In this document: positions 1 to 8,826 of the stretch, piece after piece
Numbering within the stretch: position 1 is the first letter of the stretch
Layout of the letters: each line of letters opens with the position of its first letter
DNA from: Pseudomonadota bacterium
GTDB taxonomy: Bacteria > Bdellovibrionota_C > UBA2361 > OMII01
Assembly (NCBI GenBank): GCA_900299035.1
Contig: OMIG01000240.1
Coordinates: 1 to 44,257 of the forward strand
Direction of reading: 5' to 3'
DNA: 44,257 nucleotides
Made by a program: the position numbers and the translations under genes
Notes under the pieces: model-generated
Told to the model about the DNA's origin: nothing
What the model saw: only the letters and a program-made list of their open reading frames with translations
The model's database searches: none

Positions 1-505
1 AGAGCTCGCGCGCGACCGACGTAATGTCGAGCGCCTCTCTGACCCGCACGACGCCGGTCTGGGGATCGGTCCATGCGATCGCCGCGCCTTTGCCGTCGGC
101 GTCAACACCAACCGCTGCAATCAAGCTCTCTGAAGAGTCTGTCGAGACGCTATTGAAGAGCCGCATACCCGGCGTCACGAACCTTTCCAGGGCTCGATCG
201 ACTCCCGCGCCTGATCCGGTCTGGCTCACGACTGCCACGGAGAATCCAAGCGGCAAAAGCCTATCGACGTAACCGTCGAGCACGGCTACCGGCACCCCGC
301 ACATCGGCGTTGGGTTCGGGCTATTCTTGTCCCGAGAGGTGAGCGTCAGGTTGAGGGCCTTCGAGACCGCCACCGCGTCGTCATAGAAGAGCTCGTAAAA
401 GTCTCCAACCTGGAAGAAGAGGATCGCGTCAGGGTACTGCTCCTTGTACTCGAGGTAGCGCACCATCATCGGGGGTAGCCCGTGCTTGCTGGTCGGGAAT
501 GCCAT
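1..505 (-). CDS. mutS: DNA mismatch repair protein MutS, N-terminal fragment (the gene continues past the left edge of the window)
   Basis: I translated the reverse strand from the ATG at 505-503. It reads MAFPTSKHGLPPMMVRYLEYKEQYPDAILFFQVGDFYELFYDDAVAVSKALNLTLTSRDKNSPNPTPMCGVPVAVLDGYVDRLL..., which is the canonical MutS mismatch-binding domain I motif (GDFYELF..DA...L.L.LT.R......PMCGVP). It is absent from the ORF track because there is no stop codon inside the window. Confidence 0.9.
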   Translation of the reverse strand, partial: MAFPTSKHGLPPMMVRYLEYKEQYPDAILFFQVGDFYELFYDDAVAVSKALNLTLTSRDKNSPNPTPMCGVPVAVLDGYVDRLLPLGFSVAVVSQTGSGAGVDRALERFVTPGMRLFNSVSTDSSESLIAAVGVDADGKGAAIAWTDPQTGVVRVREALDITSVAREL

Positions 506-689
506 GGCGGAATAAAACCACGCATCGGACGTGGCGGTAAATAGATTTCACGAGCCTCTTCGGTCATTTATCGGGGCCCTCGGGCCCAGCTTCGCCAAAG
601 TTCATCAAGTTGCGCGCAGAATCGTAGGCTGCGGCATCACAACCTTAAGAGAGGCAGTTAGCTTTCGGATGTATTGCCCAGGAGTCCTG

Positions 690-1088
690 ATGACCACCGC
701 CAACAGTTCCCGAATCGTCCTTATTGACGACGAGCCCGGTGTCCTCAAAGCCCTTACCCTGCTGCTGCAAGCCCTAGGGCACAGCGTGATGGCCTTTGCA
801 GGCCCGCAGGAAGCCCTAGCCTACCTGCGCGCCGGGATAGACGCCGACCTAATTCTCAGCGACCAGCGCATGCCTGGCATGGCCGGAAGCGACCTCTTCC
901 GGACTCTGCGAGCGCACTCAATCGAAACCCCTTTTGTCCTCATGTCTGGTCACGCAAACGAAGATGACGTTCGCCACGTTCTTGTGGCCCCGGCCACCTC
1001 GTTTCTCCCGAAGCCATTCACGCCGGCGACCCTGCAAGAAGCTATCCAGTCGGCGCTGCTCTCCGGAATTCCCGCCAAAGCAGTGTAA
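690..1088 (+). CDS. Stand-alone CheY-like response regulator receiver domain protein
   Basis: The ORF 531..1088 was trimmed to the ATG at 690, which has GGAG at 681-684. The sequence RIVLIDDEPGVLKALTLLLQALGH...DLILSDQRMPGMAGSDLFRTL...PFVLMSGHA...FLPKPF carries the acidic pocket DD, the phospho-acceptor D and the conserved K of REC domains. There is no output domain. Confidence 0.85.
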   Translation: MTTANSSRIVLIDDEPGVLKALTLLLQALGHSVMAFAGPQEALAYLRAGIDADLILSDQRMPGMAGSDLFRTLRAHSIETPFVLMSGHANEDDVRHVLVAPATSFLPKPFTPATLQEAIQSALLSGIPAKAV

Positions 1089-1093
1089 AAAAA

Positions 1094-1149
1094 CAGGGCG
1101 GGCACCCTCACCCAGGAATGTAGCTCCCCGAGTGAGTGTGCCCGCCCTG
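1094..1149. terminator. Hairpin between convergent genes, a putative bidirectional intrinsic terminator
   Basis: CAGGGCGGGCAC (1094-1105) is the exact reverse complement of GTGCCCGCCCTG (1138-1149). The stem extends through CTCAC/GTGAG. An A-run lies on the 5' side (1087-1093). The hairpin sits between the response-regulator stop (1088) and the rpsA stop (1177). Confidence 0.55.
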
Positions 1150-1176
1150 CCTTTGAAGGACTAAGTCCCTGCCGGA

Positions 1177-2919
1177 TTACTCCTTGTCTCCGCGGAGCTG
1201 CTCACGAATGAGGTCTCCGAAGGTCACGCGAGCGCCCTCGTCGTCACCCATGTACTGGGAGTCGTACGAGTCCTTGCGCGCACGATCCTTGATCGCGCGG
1301 GCGCTGAGGCTGATGCGGCGCTCCTGCGTGTCAACGTTGGTGACCTCGGCTTCGACCTGAGAGCCAACTGGGAACGCCTGAGCGACCTCGGAGCCCTTCT
1401 CGATGCCGAGCTGCGAGTTGTGGATGAGGCCCTCAACTCCGTTCTCAACTTCGACGAAGACGCCGAACTCAGTGATGGCAGTGACCGTGCCGGTGATCTT
1501 GGTGCCGACAGGGTGGCGCTGCGCAATCGTCTCCCACGGATCCTGCGAGAGCTGCTTGATGCCGAGGCTCAAGCGCTCGTTCGCAACGTCGATGTCGAGC
1601 ACAACTGCCTCAACATCGTCGCCCTTCTTAAAGAGCTCCTGGATCTCCTTGGGATCCTTGATGCGCTTGGTCCACGAGAAGTCAGAGATGTGCACCAGGC
1701 CGTCGATCCCCTCCTCGATACCAACGAAGATTCCGAACTCGGTGATCGAGCGGACCTTGCCCTGGACGCGAGAGCCAATCGGGTGGATGCGCTGCAGGTC
1801 TTCCCACGGGTTCGGGAGAAGCTGCTTGAGGCCGAGGCTGATGCGCTGCTGCTCGGTATCGATACCGAGAATGACCGCCTCAACCTGCTCGCCTTCAGTG
1901 ACGATCTTCGATGGGTGGCGAACCTTCTTCGTCCAGCTCATCTCAGAGACGTGGATGAGACCCTCAACGCCCTCCTCGAGCTCGACGAATGCGCCGTAGT
2001 CAGTGACGCTCTTAACACGTCCCTTGACACGGCCACCGATCGGGAAGCGCTCGTGCGCCGTGACCCACGGGTCTGGCAGGAGCTGCTTCATGCCCAGGCT
2101 GACGCGCTCCTTCTCCTGATCGTACTTGAGCACGACCACGGGAACCGTCTGTCCAACTGAGAGCTTCTCGGATGGGTGGTTGATGCGGCCCCACGAGATG
2201 TCGGTGATGTGGAGCAGTCCGTCGATTCCGCCGAGGTCGATGAACGCGCCGTAGTCGGTGACGTTCTTGACAACGCCTTCCATGACCACACCCTCTTGTA
2301 GAACCTTGAGGGTCGCTGCCCGCAGCTCATCACGCTCGCCGAGGAGCACTGCGCGCCTCGAGAGCACGATGTTACCCTTATCGCGGGTAATCTTGAGCAC
2401 CTTGAACTCGTACTCTTGGCCGATAAACTTGTCGAGGTTGCGGTGCGGACGGATGTCGATCTGCGAGCCCGGAAGGAACGCCGGAATGCCGACATCAACG
2501 TGCAGGCCGCCCTTGACCTTCTGAACAACGCGGCCCTTGATGCGGCCGTCAGACTTAAAGGTATCCTCAATCTGCTCCCAAACGCGCTTCTGATCGGCCT
2601 TCTCCTTAGAAAGGAGCACCTGGCCCATCTCGTTCTCGAGCGCGATGATGAATACGTCTACGCGATCGCCAACCTTTACCTGAATCTTCCCGTCTGCATG
2701 AGGAAACTGCTCAGTTGGAACGACGCCCTCTGACTTAAATCCGATATCGACGGAGACCATCTCCTTGCCGACGTGAGTGACTACTCCGGGAACGATTGTG
2801 CCCGTGCGCTTGTTGTCTACGCGCTCACGAAGGAGAGCCTCGAACTCGCTTGCGAATGAGGACTCGCCCTCTCCGCCCTTGAAGCCCCCGAAAGAGCTCG
2901 CTGAAAATGAACTTGCCAT
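1177..2919 (-). CDS. rpsA: 30S ribosomal protein S1 (six S1/OB repeats)
   Basis: The 580-aa product has repeated S1 motifs (G.V..V...G.FV.lg.g..GL.H.Se.s) six times, and the length and architecture are typical of bacterial S1. Confidence 0.97.
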   Translation of the reverse strand: MASSFSASSFGGFKGGEGESSFASEFEALLRERVDNKRTGTIVPGVVTHVGKEMVSVDIGFKSEGVVPTEQFPHADGKIQVKVGDRVDVFIIALENEMGQVLLSKEKADQKRVWEQIEDTFKSDGRIKGRVVQKVKGGLHVDVGIPAFLPGSQIDIRPHRNLDKFIGQEYEFKVLKITRDKGNIVLSRRAVLLGERDELRAATLKVLQEGVVMEGVVKNVTDYGAFIDLGGIDGLLHITDISWGRINHPSEKLSVGQTVPVVVLKYDQEKERVSLGMKQLLPDPWVTAHERFPIGGRVKGRVKSVTDYGAFVELEEGVEGLIHVSEMSWTKKVRHPSKIVTEGEQVEAVILGIDTEQQRISLGLKQLLPNPWEDLQRIHPIGSRVQGKVRSITEFGIFVGIEEGIDGLVHISDFSWTKRIKDPKEIQELFKKGDDVEAVVLDIDVANERLSLGIKQLSQDPWETIAQRHPVGTKITGTVTAITEFGVFVEVENGVEGLIHNSQLGIEKGSEVAQAFPVGSQVEAEVTNVDTQERRISLSARAIKDRARKDSYDSQYMGDDEGARVTFGDLIREQLRGDKE

Positions 2920-3087
2920 GAAAAAAACAGCCTGATTCGGTCCTGCCGTATTTAGCTACCAACTCCCAACAGCCCTAAGCGCTTGCGAACCGAAAAAACA
3001 GCGCTAGAGGCATGCAAGGAGCCCGCCCACGGCTCATCCGTAGGCTGCTCCGCATCTCGGGCTATAAGCCCAAGCACGAAGCCCCGG

Positions 3088-3116
3088 ATGCTACCCTTTG
3101 CAACCCGGGGGGTCAA
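3088..3116 (-). promoter_or_regulatory. Candidate sigma70-type promoter for rpsA
   Basis: The reverse strand reads TTGACC (3116-3111), a 17-nt spacer, then TAGCAT (3093-3088), about 170 nt upstream of the rpsA ATG. This is a motif match only. Confidence 0.3.
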
Positions 3117-3220
3117 CAATTCTGCTGATTTTTAGGGGATTTACGTTGTCTCAACGGTCTTAGGGGCGAAAGCGGCTCAAACTTGCTTCGCAGCAATTCC
3201 AGGCGCTTAGCACTGCAACA

Positions 3221-3919
3221 TCAGCGCTTGTCCCAGGCTGAGCGGAGGAACTCCCCAAGAGCCTCGTAGTAATCCCGCTCTGCTGGGGTCAGCAGCGGGC
3301 TCCCTGCCAGCTGAGAAGTGACCTTATTCATCGCTCGAAGGCTGGCGGACTCTCCCGGATTGTCTTTCTCTATCCGAGTGCTCACCTCGGACGCGAGCTC
3401 CACAACTTCAATCGAGGGCAGGCGCTGCCCAGCGGCGTGCTGCGCCGGAGTCGCCGCCGGCGACTCTTCCGGCTGGGGGGTCTTGGGCTTGCGCATAGGC
3501 GGGGCGCGGCGGTCAGAGCGCGGCGAGCACCCAGCGATAACGGTGCGCCACAGCGCCTTACACGCCAGGCACTCGGTCTCTTTGGCGAACGCCTCTCTCC
3601 CAACCTCAAGCAGTCGCTCTCTCCGTCCGTCAAGCGCAACTGCGTCGCACAGCTTTCGGAAGGCGCCTTCGTACCGGAAGAACGAGAATTCGCGCTGCAC
3701 TGGATTAGGGGGCTTGAGCGGGTCTTTTTTCTTCGTCGGGGTCAGGTCCTCCGCGTCCTTGCGCGGGGAGAAAGGGACGTCGCTATCTTGGGAGCAAGCC
3801 GGCGTCGATGCGCCAATAATTGCAGCGCACAGCACGCTGCTCGCCAGCGCAATGAACACAGAGGGCGCGAAGAGCCGCAGCCAACTTCCCGAACACCTGC
3901 GTGACCGGAACGTACGCAT
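3221..3919 (-). CDS. Hypothetical secreted protein or lipoprotein
   Basis: The 232-aa ORF starts with ATG. Its N-terminus, MRTFRSRRCSGSWLRLFAPSVFIALASSVLCAAIIGASTPAC, looks like a signal peptide with a possible lipobox Cys. I recognise no family. It lies between pnp and rpsA on the same strand. Confidence 0.55.
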   Translation of the reverse strand: MRTFRSRRCSGSWLRLFAPSVFIALASSVLCAAIIGASTPACSQDSDVPFSPRKDAEDLTPTKKKDPLKPPNPVQREFSFFRYEGAFRKLCDAVALDGRRERLLEVGREAFAKETECLACKALWRTVIAGCSPRSDRRAPPMRKPKTPQPEESPAATPAQHAAGQRLPSIEVVELASEVSTRIEKDNPGESASLRAMNKVTSQLAGSPLLTPAERDYYEALGEFLRSAWDKR

Positions 3920-3967
3920 CGTCTCTACGCGCCCTCACATGCGCAAGGCTAAGCAGCCGTCAGGCGA

Positions 3968-6073
3968 TTAGGCCTGCTCTAGCTGCTGCTTCATGTCGCT
4001 TGCAGCCTCTTTCATCGAGAGGCGGATCTTGCCCTGCCTGTCGACCTCAAGGACCTTCACCCACACTTCGTCCCCTTCACTGAGAACGTCGTCAACTCGG
4101 CGAATCTTCTCCTCGGCGATCTGCGAGATGTGCACCAGGCCGTCAGTGCCTGGGATAATCTCAACGAACGCGCCGAAGTCAGCCAAGCGCTTCACAACGC
4201 CGCGGTAGATCTTTCCGACCACCGCTTCCTGCGTCAGGCTCTCGATGATCGCAATCGCGTTATTGACCTTGGTGTTGTCGTTGCTGGCGATCGAGACTGT
4301 GCCGTCATCCGACACCTCAATCTTGACGCCACACGACTCGGTGATCGAGCGGATAGTCTTGCCGCCCGGCCCGATGATGTCGCGGATCTTGTCCGGATTG
4401 ATCTTCATCGTGACGATGCGCGGAGCATACTGGCTCATCTGAGTGCGCGGCGCGTTAATCGCCTTGCTCATCTCGCCAAGAATGTGGAGCCGTCCCTCGC
4501 GGGCCTGCGCCATAGCCTTGTCCATGATGTCTCGGCTGAGGCCCTTAATCTTGATGTCCATCTGCAGGGCCGTGATGCCCTTCGATGTTCCGCACACCTT
4601 GAAGTCCATATCTCCGAGGTGGTCCTCGTCGCCGAGGATGTCGGTCAGCACGACGTACTTGTCGTCGCGCTTGATGAGTCCCATCGCCACGCCAGCTATC
4701 GGCGCCTTGAGCGGAACTCCCGCGTCCATCATGGAGAGGCTCGCGCCGCACACGGTCGCCATCGAAGACGATCCGTTGCTCTCTGTAATCTCAGACACCA
4801 CGCGGATGACGTACGGGAATGCCTTCCCTTCCGGCACCATCGAGCGAACAGCGCGCTCTGCAAGTGCGCCGTGGCCAATTTCGCGTCGGCCCGGGCCGCG
4901 CATCGGCTTCGTCTCGCCCACCGAGAACGGCGGGAAGTTGTAGTGGAGCATGAAGGTCTTCGAAGCCTCGCCAACTAGGTTGTCGATGCGCTGAGCCTCA
5001 GACTCTGTTCCGAGGGTCGTCACAACGATCGACTGGGTCTCTCCGCGAGTGAACAGCGCTGAGCCGTGCGTCCGCGGCAGGAATCCTACCTCGATTGAAA
5101 TTGGGCGAACGGTCTTGGTGTCGCGTCCGTCGAGGCGAACCCCCTCATCGAGGGCCAAGTCGCGCACGACGTTGTAGTGGCAATCCTCGAACACCTTGCC
5201 CGCGATCTTTTCGTTGAGGTCGGCACTTTCGTCGCCTTCCTTGACGAACTGCGCGATGAGAGCCTTGTGAGCAGCGCCCACGGCATCGCGCCGCGCAAGC
5301 TTCTCGCGGAGCTTGATGGCTTCCTTGAGCTTCGGGACCACGAAGTCCTTCATGCTCTTAACAAGCCCTGCGTCGTACTCGGTAGCCTTGAACTCCATCT
5401 TAGGCTTGCCGAGCTTCGAGCGCAGCTCAACCTGCATCTCGTTTATGACCTGGAGCTGCTCATGCGCGTAGAAGAGCGCCTCGAGCACTTCGCTCTCTGG
5501 AACTTCGTGCGCGCCGCCTTCTACCATCACGATGGCATCCTTAGTGCCAGCCAGGATGAAGTTCAGCTCTGCGTTTTGCAGCTGCGACAGCATCGGGTTG
5601 ATCAGCAGCTTGCCGTTGACCCGCGCAACGCGAACGCCGGCGAGCGGACCCTCGAACGGCAGCTCGGAAACAGTCAGGGCCGCTGAAGCTCCGCACATGG
5701 CGAGCACGTCTGTGTCATTCTGGTCGTCAGCCGATAGAACCGTCGCGACGACCTGCACCTCGCGATGGAAGCCTTCTGGAAACAACGGGCGAACCGGGCG
5801 GTCGATGAGGCGAGACACGAGTGTCTCTTTCTCGCTCAGCTTGCCCTCTCGGCGGAAGAAGCTCCCTGGAATCTTGCCTGCTGCGTACGTCTTCTCAACG
5901 TAGTCTACGGTAAGCGGGAAGAAGTCAGCGTCTTTCTCGGCGCCGTAGCAGGCCGTAACCAAGACCATCGACTCGCCGTATGTGACGAGCGCAGCGCCCG
6001 CGGCCTGCTTTGCAATTCGGCCGGACTCAATGCGTAGCGTGCGACCGTGGAACTCTCTCTCAACAATGTACAT
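3968..6073 (-). CDS. pnp: Polyribonucleotide nucleotidyltransferase (PNPase)
   Basis: The 701-aa product has two RNase PH domains, a KH domain (IRDIIGPGGKTIRSI) and an S1 domain (GKIYRGVVKRLADFGAFVEI). It sits downstream of rpsO, the classical arrangement. Confidence 0.97.
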   Translation of the reverse strand: MYIVEREFHGRTLRIESGRIAKQAAGAALVTYGESMVLVTACYGAEKDADFFPLTVDYVEKTYAAGKIPGSFFRREGKLSEKETLVSRLIDRPVRPLFPEGFHREVQVVATVLSADDQNDTDVLAMCGASAALTVSELPFEGPLAGVRVARVNGKLLINPMLSQLQNAELNFILAGTKDAIVMVEGGAHEVPESEVLEALFYAHEQLQVINEMQVELRSKLGKPKMEFKATEYDAGLVKSMKDFVVPKLKEAIKLREKLARRDAVGAAHKALIAQFVKEGDESADLNEKIAGKVFEDCHYNVVRDLALDEGVRLDGRDTKTVRPISIEVGFLPRTHGSALFTRGETQSIVVTTLGTESEAQRIDNLVGEASKTFMLHYNFPPFSVGETKPMRGPGRREIGHGALAERAVRSMVPEGKAFPYVIRVVSEITESNGSSSMATVCGASLSMMDAGVPLKAPIAGVAMGLIKRDDKYVVLTDILGDEDHLGDMDFKVCGTSKGITALQMDIKIKGLSRDIMDKAMAQAREGRLHILGEMSKAINAPRTQMSQYAPRIVTMKINPDKIRDIIGPGGKTIRSITESCGVKIEVSDDGTVSIASNDNTKVNNAIAIIESLTQEAVVGKIYRGVVKRLADFGAFVEIIPGTDGLVHISQIAEEKIRRVDDVLSEGDEVWVKVLEVDRQGKIRLSMKEAASDMKQQLEQA

Positions 6074-6220
6074 ATTTTCCTATATGGATAACGGCCCAAA
6101 CCAAACAGCTCACAGGGCCCGTGTAGCAAGGCGGAACAGCCACGACCGTAGCTGGCTCCCGACAGGGCGCCATTGTAGTCTGCGCGCCGCCTATCTGCAT
6201 TAAATTTTCTTTTGCAGGAA

Positions 6221-6589
6221 TTACTTACGGAGCCCGAGCGCCGAAATGGTGTTTCGGTAGCGAGCAACGTCCTCGCGACGGAGGTAGCTAAGCATCCGCT
6301 TGCGCTGGGAGATAATGTCCATCATCCCCTTACGCGAGTGGTGATCCTTCGGGTTGGTCGAGAAGTGCTTGGTAAGAACCTCAAGGCGGCGAGTGAGAAG
6401 CGCAATCTGCACCTCTGGTGACCCTACATCCTGGGAATTACGCTGAAACTTCTTAATTACCTCAGAGGTATCCGTGCCAGAGAGGTTAAGCGTGCCTGTG
6501 GCGACGTCCTCTGCTGTCAGGGCACCGGCGTGCTTCTTCGTGTTAACCGGCTTTGCTATCTCAGTTGAAGAGGTGCTGGATGACTCCAT
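6221..6589 (-). CDS. rpsO: 30S ribosomal protein S15 with a roughly 33-aa N-terminal extension
   Basis: The C-terminal 89 aa (GSPEVQIALLTRRLEVLTKHFSTNPKDHHSRKGMMDIISQRKRMLSYLRREDVARYRNTISALGLRK) are canonical S15. The ATG at 6589 is preceded by GGAG with a 6-nt spacer. There is no ATG, GTG or TTG in frame between this start and the conserved core. Confidence 0.92.
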   Translation of the reverse strand: MESSSTSSTEIAKPVNTKKHAGALTAEDVATGTLNLSGTDTSEVIKKFQRNSQDVGSPEVQIALLTRRLEVLTKHFSTNPKDHHSRKGMMDIISQRKRMLSYLRREDVARYRNTISALGLRK

Positions 6590-6689
6590 GCAAAAACTCC
6601 TAAATTACTCAATTAATCTAGACAGATATCGGCCTAATGCCGCGACTCTCTGCCATACATGTCTCTGCTTTCGCGAACAATTACCGAGA

Positions 6690-6718
6690 AAACTAACAGG
6701 GCGGGGGGTAAAAGTCAA
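6690..6718 (-). promoter_or_regulatory. Candidate sigma70-type promoter for rpsO-pnp
   Basis: The reverse strand reads TTGACT (6718-6713), a 17-nt spacer, then TAGTTT (6695-6690), about 100 nt upstream of the rpsO ATG. This is a motif match only. Confidence 0.4.
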
Positions 6719-6800
6719 AACTAGGGGGCTATCCGACTCCCGTCGTCACCCCCCTCCCAGCCTTTGAGGATTGGAACGCCCCCTGGCTCGAAACGGTAGG

Positions 6801-7625
6801 CTAATCTCCTTGAGAGTGGTGGGTCGCCACCCCTCGCTCCGAACTCTGGAGGAAGTCGAGAAACATCCCCGCCCGCGAGGAATCGCCTGCGACGGAACGG
6901 GCGAACACCACCCTATCTTTGAAGACCTTTCCCTTTACCTCCGCGGAGCTAGAGACAAAAACCAGCCGGTAGGTCTCACGCAGAACGGCGAACTCCTCGC
7001 GCGAGCATCCGTTACGCTCCAATCCTATCCGGTTAAGCCCCTGGACAGTCGCTCGGTCTCCCTGGGCCATGCAGAACGGCGGAATGTCCTGGGCCACCAT
7101 GGCGCCCGCGCCGATCATGGCGATGTCGCCGATCCGGACGAACTGATGGATGCCGGAGAGCCCTCCCACGATAACTCCATCGCCGAGCAAGACGTGCCCT
7201 GCCAAAGCCGCGCCGTTTGCTATGACACACCGATTGCCAACTATTGAGTCGTGCCCGACATGGGTGTTGGCCATAAAAAGATTACCGCTGCCAATTCGGG
7301 TGACCATGCCACCACCCGCGGTTCCGGGCTGTAGGGTGACACACTCGCGGATGATGTTGCGGTCGCCGATCAGGAGCTCGCTCGGCTCGCCTTTGTACTT
7401 AAGGTCCTGAGGAGCTGCCCCGACTGAAGCGAACTGAAAGATAGTGTTGCCGCTGCCGATCTTGGTGTGGCCCTCAATCACCACGTGCGGCCCCACCTTG
7501 TTCTCTTCACCGAGAACAACATGCGGCCCGATGATTGAGTAAGGCCCGACGACCGTTCCTGCGCCAATCTTGGCGGCAGGATCGACGATGGCGGTCGGGT
7601 GTATCTGGGGCTGCGCGCTTGGCAT
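6801..7625 (-). CDS. lpxA: Acyl-ACP--UDP-N-acetylglucosamine O-acyltransferase
   Basis: Hexapeptide-repeat left-handed beta-helix sequence (IHPTAIVDPAAKIGAGTVVGPYSIIGPHVVLGEENKVGPHVVIEG...) is followed by the LpxA C-terminal helical domain (GLNRIGLERNGCSREE...LRETYRLVF). I set the start to the ATG at 7625, 7 nt after the fabZ stop. The track start at 7667 is a TTG inside fabZ. Confidence 0.9.
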   Translation of the reverse strand: MPSAQPQIHPTAIVDPAAKIGAGTVVGPYSIIGPHVVLGEENKVGPHVVIEGHTKIGSGNTIFQFASVGAAPQDLKYKGEPSELLIGDRNIIRECVTLQPGTAGGGMVTRIGSGNLFMANTHVGHDSIVGNRCVIANGAALAGHVLLGDGVIVGGLSGIHQFVRIGDIAMIGAGAMVAQDIPPFCMAQGDRATVQGLNRIGLERNGCSREEFAVLRETYRLVFVSSSAEVKGKVFKDRVVFARSVAGDSSRAGMFLDFLQSSERGVATHHSQGD

Positions 7626-7632
7626 GGGCTCC

Positions 7633-8097
7633 CTACGCGGCTGCCGCGGTGACTGTGCCTGAGGCAACTATCTTGCCATCGACAACCACCTCTCCCTCCA
7701 TGATCCAGAGAGGGTTACGCTTCTTGACGCTACGCATCGTGATCTGCAGCGTGTCGCCCGGAACGACCTGGCGCTTCCACTTAAAGCCATCAACGCCGAC
7801 CAGGTAGAAGGTTTTGTCCTTCACCAGCGCTGGCTCTGACACTCTCGCCAGAACCCCCGCCGCCTGGGCCATCGACTCGATGATGAGCACGCCCGGCATC
7901 ACCGGGTGCTGCGGAAAGTGGCCCTGAAAGAACTCTTCGTTCACTGAAACGTTCTTGATTGCAACGATATGGCTGTCTGGAACGACCTCCAGCACCCGGT
8001 CAATCAGCAGGAACGGGTAGCGGTGAGGAATCCACTTCTGAATTTCGATGATGTCCATGCCAGCCTTTTCGGCTTCTTGTCGCTGCTCTGATGACAT
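7633..8097 (-). CDS. fabZ: 3-hydroxyacyl-ACP dehydratase FabZ
   Basis: [16 protein letters not shown]...[28 protein letters not shown] is the hot-dog fold FabZ signature. I set the start to the ATG at 8097; the track start at 8109 is TTG. Confidence 0.93.
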   Translation of the reverse strand: MSSEQRQEAEKAGMDIIEIQKWIPHRYPFLLIDRVLEVVPDSHIVAIKNVSVNEEFFQGHFPQHPVMPGVLIIESMAQAAGVLARVSEPALVKDKTFYLVGVDGFKWKRQVVPGDTLQITMRSVKKRNPLWIMEGEVVVDGKIVASGTVTAAAA

Positions 8098-8109
8098 AGT
8101 GTTTTCCAA

Positions 8110-8631
8110 TTAGAGAGAAACCTTTTTCTTGTCCAAAATTTTAACTACTTCTTCAGTGATATCTATCTTTTCAGACGCGAAGAGCACCGATTGCCTGTCT
8201 CGCTCGAACACAAACGAGTAGCCCCGGTCATCCGCAAGCTCTTCAACGACATCCCCAATTTGCTCTACTACCTTGGCAAGCTCAGCTTCGTTGAGCTTAG
8301 CGAGCTTCTCTTGCACTTCTTGAAACGCCCGCTGCAACTCGACCTGCTTCTTGCCAAGCGATTCCCTTCGCGTCGCGAGAGCAGAACCCGACAGGATAGC
8401 TGCCTGCTTCTCTAGTTCGGCCTTCTGCTTGTCGAAGTCCGCCTTGATAGCCGCCAGCTTCGCCTGCTCCTTTTTGATCTGCGCCTCAAGGTTATTCTTG
8501 GCTGCTTTGCCGATTATCGACTCAGATATTATCTTCTGCGTGTCGACGATCGCTATCTTCTCGGCATGGGCGTCCCTAGCGAAAGCCGCACCGGCGATGA
8601 CTCCAACCAAGGCAAGAACTACTCGAAACAT
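8110..8631 (-). CDS. skp: Periplasmic chaperone Skp/OmpH family
   Basis: A signal peptide (MFRVVLALVGVIAGAAFARDAHA) is followed by KIAIVDTQKII and a long coiled-coil rich in K, E, Q and A, ending YSFVFERD..VLFAS...DITEEVVKILD. This is the typical OmpH organisation, and the gene sits directly upstream of fabZ. I set the start to the ATG at 8631. Confidence 0.8.
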   Translation of the reverse strand: MFRVVLALVGVIAGAAFARDAHAEKIAIVDTQKIISESIIGKAAKNNLEAQIKKEQAKLAAIKADFDKQKAELEKQAAILSGSALATRRESLGKKQVELQRAFQEVQEKLAKLNEAELAKVVEQIGDVVEELADDRGYSFVFERDRQSVLFASEKIDITEEVVKILDKKKVSL

Positions 8632-8826
8632 GCACCCCCGCTCGTAAGTACAGGCACTTAGCCTTTGAACTCTACCCTCTCGCAGGGTAACTGTCGAGCC
8701 CATCCAACGCAAAAGTTCAGCGCACCCACAAGCTGGATGGCTAACGTAGGCGCATGGTTACCTAACGCGCTGAGACGGACGCTAATGCGGTTACAGCGCC
8801 CAATTAGACGGGGATTGGCCCAGAAT

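Noticed and set aside
24-272. An 82-aa forward-strand ORF at the left edge.
   Set aside because: It lies entirely antisense to a reverse-strand reading frame that translates into an unmistakable MutS N-terminal domain. It is a typical GC-rich antisense artefact.
531-689. Extended N-termini in the ORF track, starting with 531 for the response regulator. The other cases are 7667 (lpxA), 8109 (fabZ), 8712 (skp), 10908 (helical-repeat protein), 15275 (GT-C), 20325 (hpt), 22076 (channel-like), 25715 (trmD), 28871 (HEAT-like), 33122 (fbp), 38272 (ruvB), 39071 (ruvA) and 41639 (GspL-like).
   Set aside because: The track takes the longest ORF, including GTG and TTG starts. In each case the extension has no homology to the family N-terminus, or overlaps the upstream gene, or lacks an RBS. 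A downstream ATG or GTG fits the homologue N-terminus and has a Shine-Dalgarno-like motif or stop/start coupling.
1403-2733. Several long forward-strand ORFs (up to 246 aa) and alternative-frame reverse ORFs inside rpsA.
   Set aside because: They overlap the S1 gene completely. The translations are Arg/Ser/Leu/Ala-rich low-complexity sequence with no motifs, which is expected from high GC content.
4130-4978. A 282-aa forward ORF and its neighbours antisense to pnp.
   Set aside because: This is the shadow frame of the PNPase gene and has no recognisable motifs.
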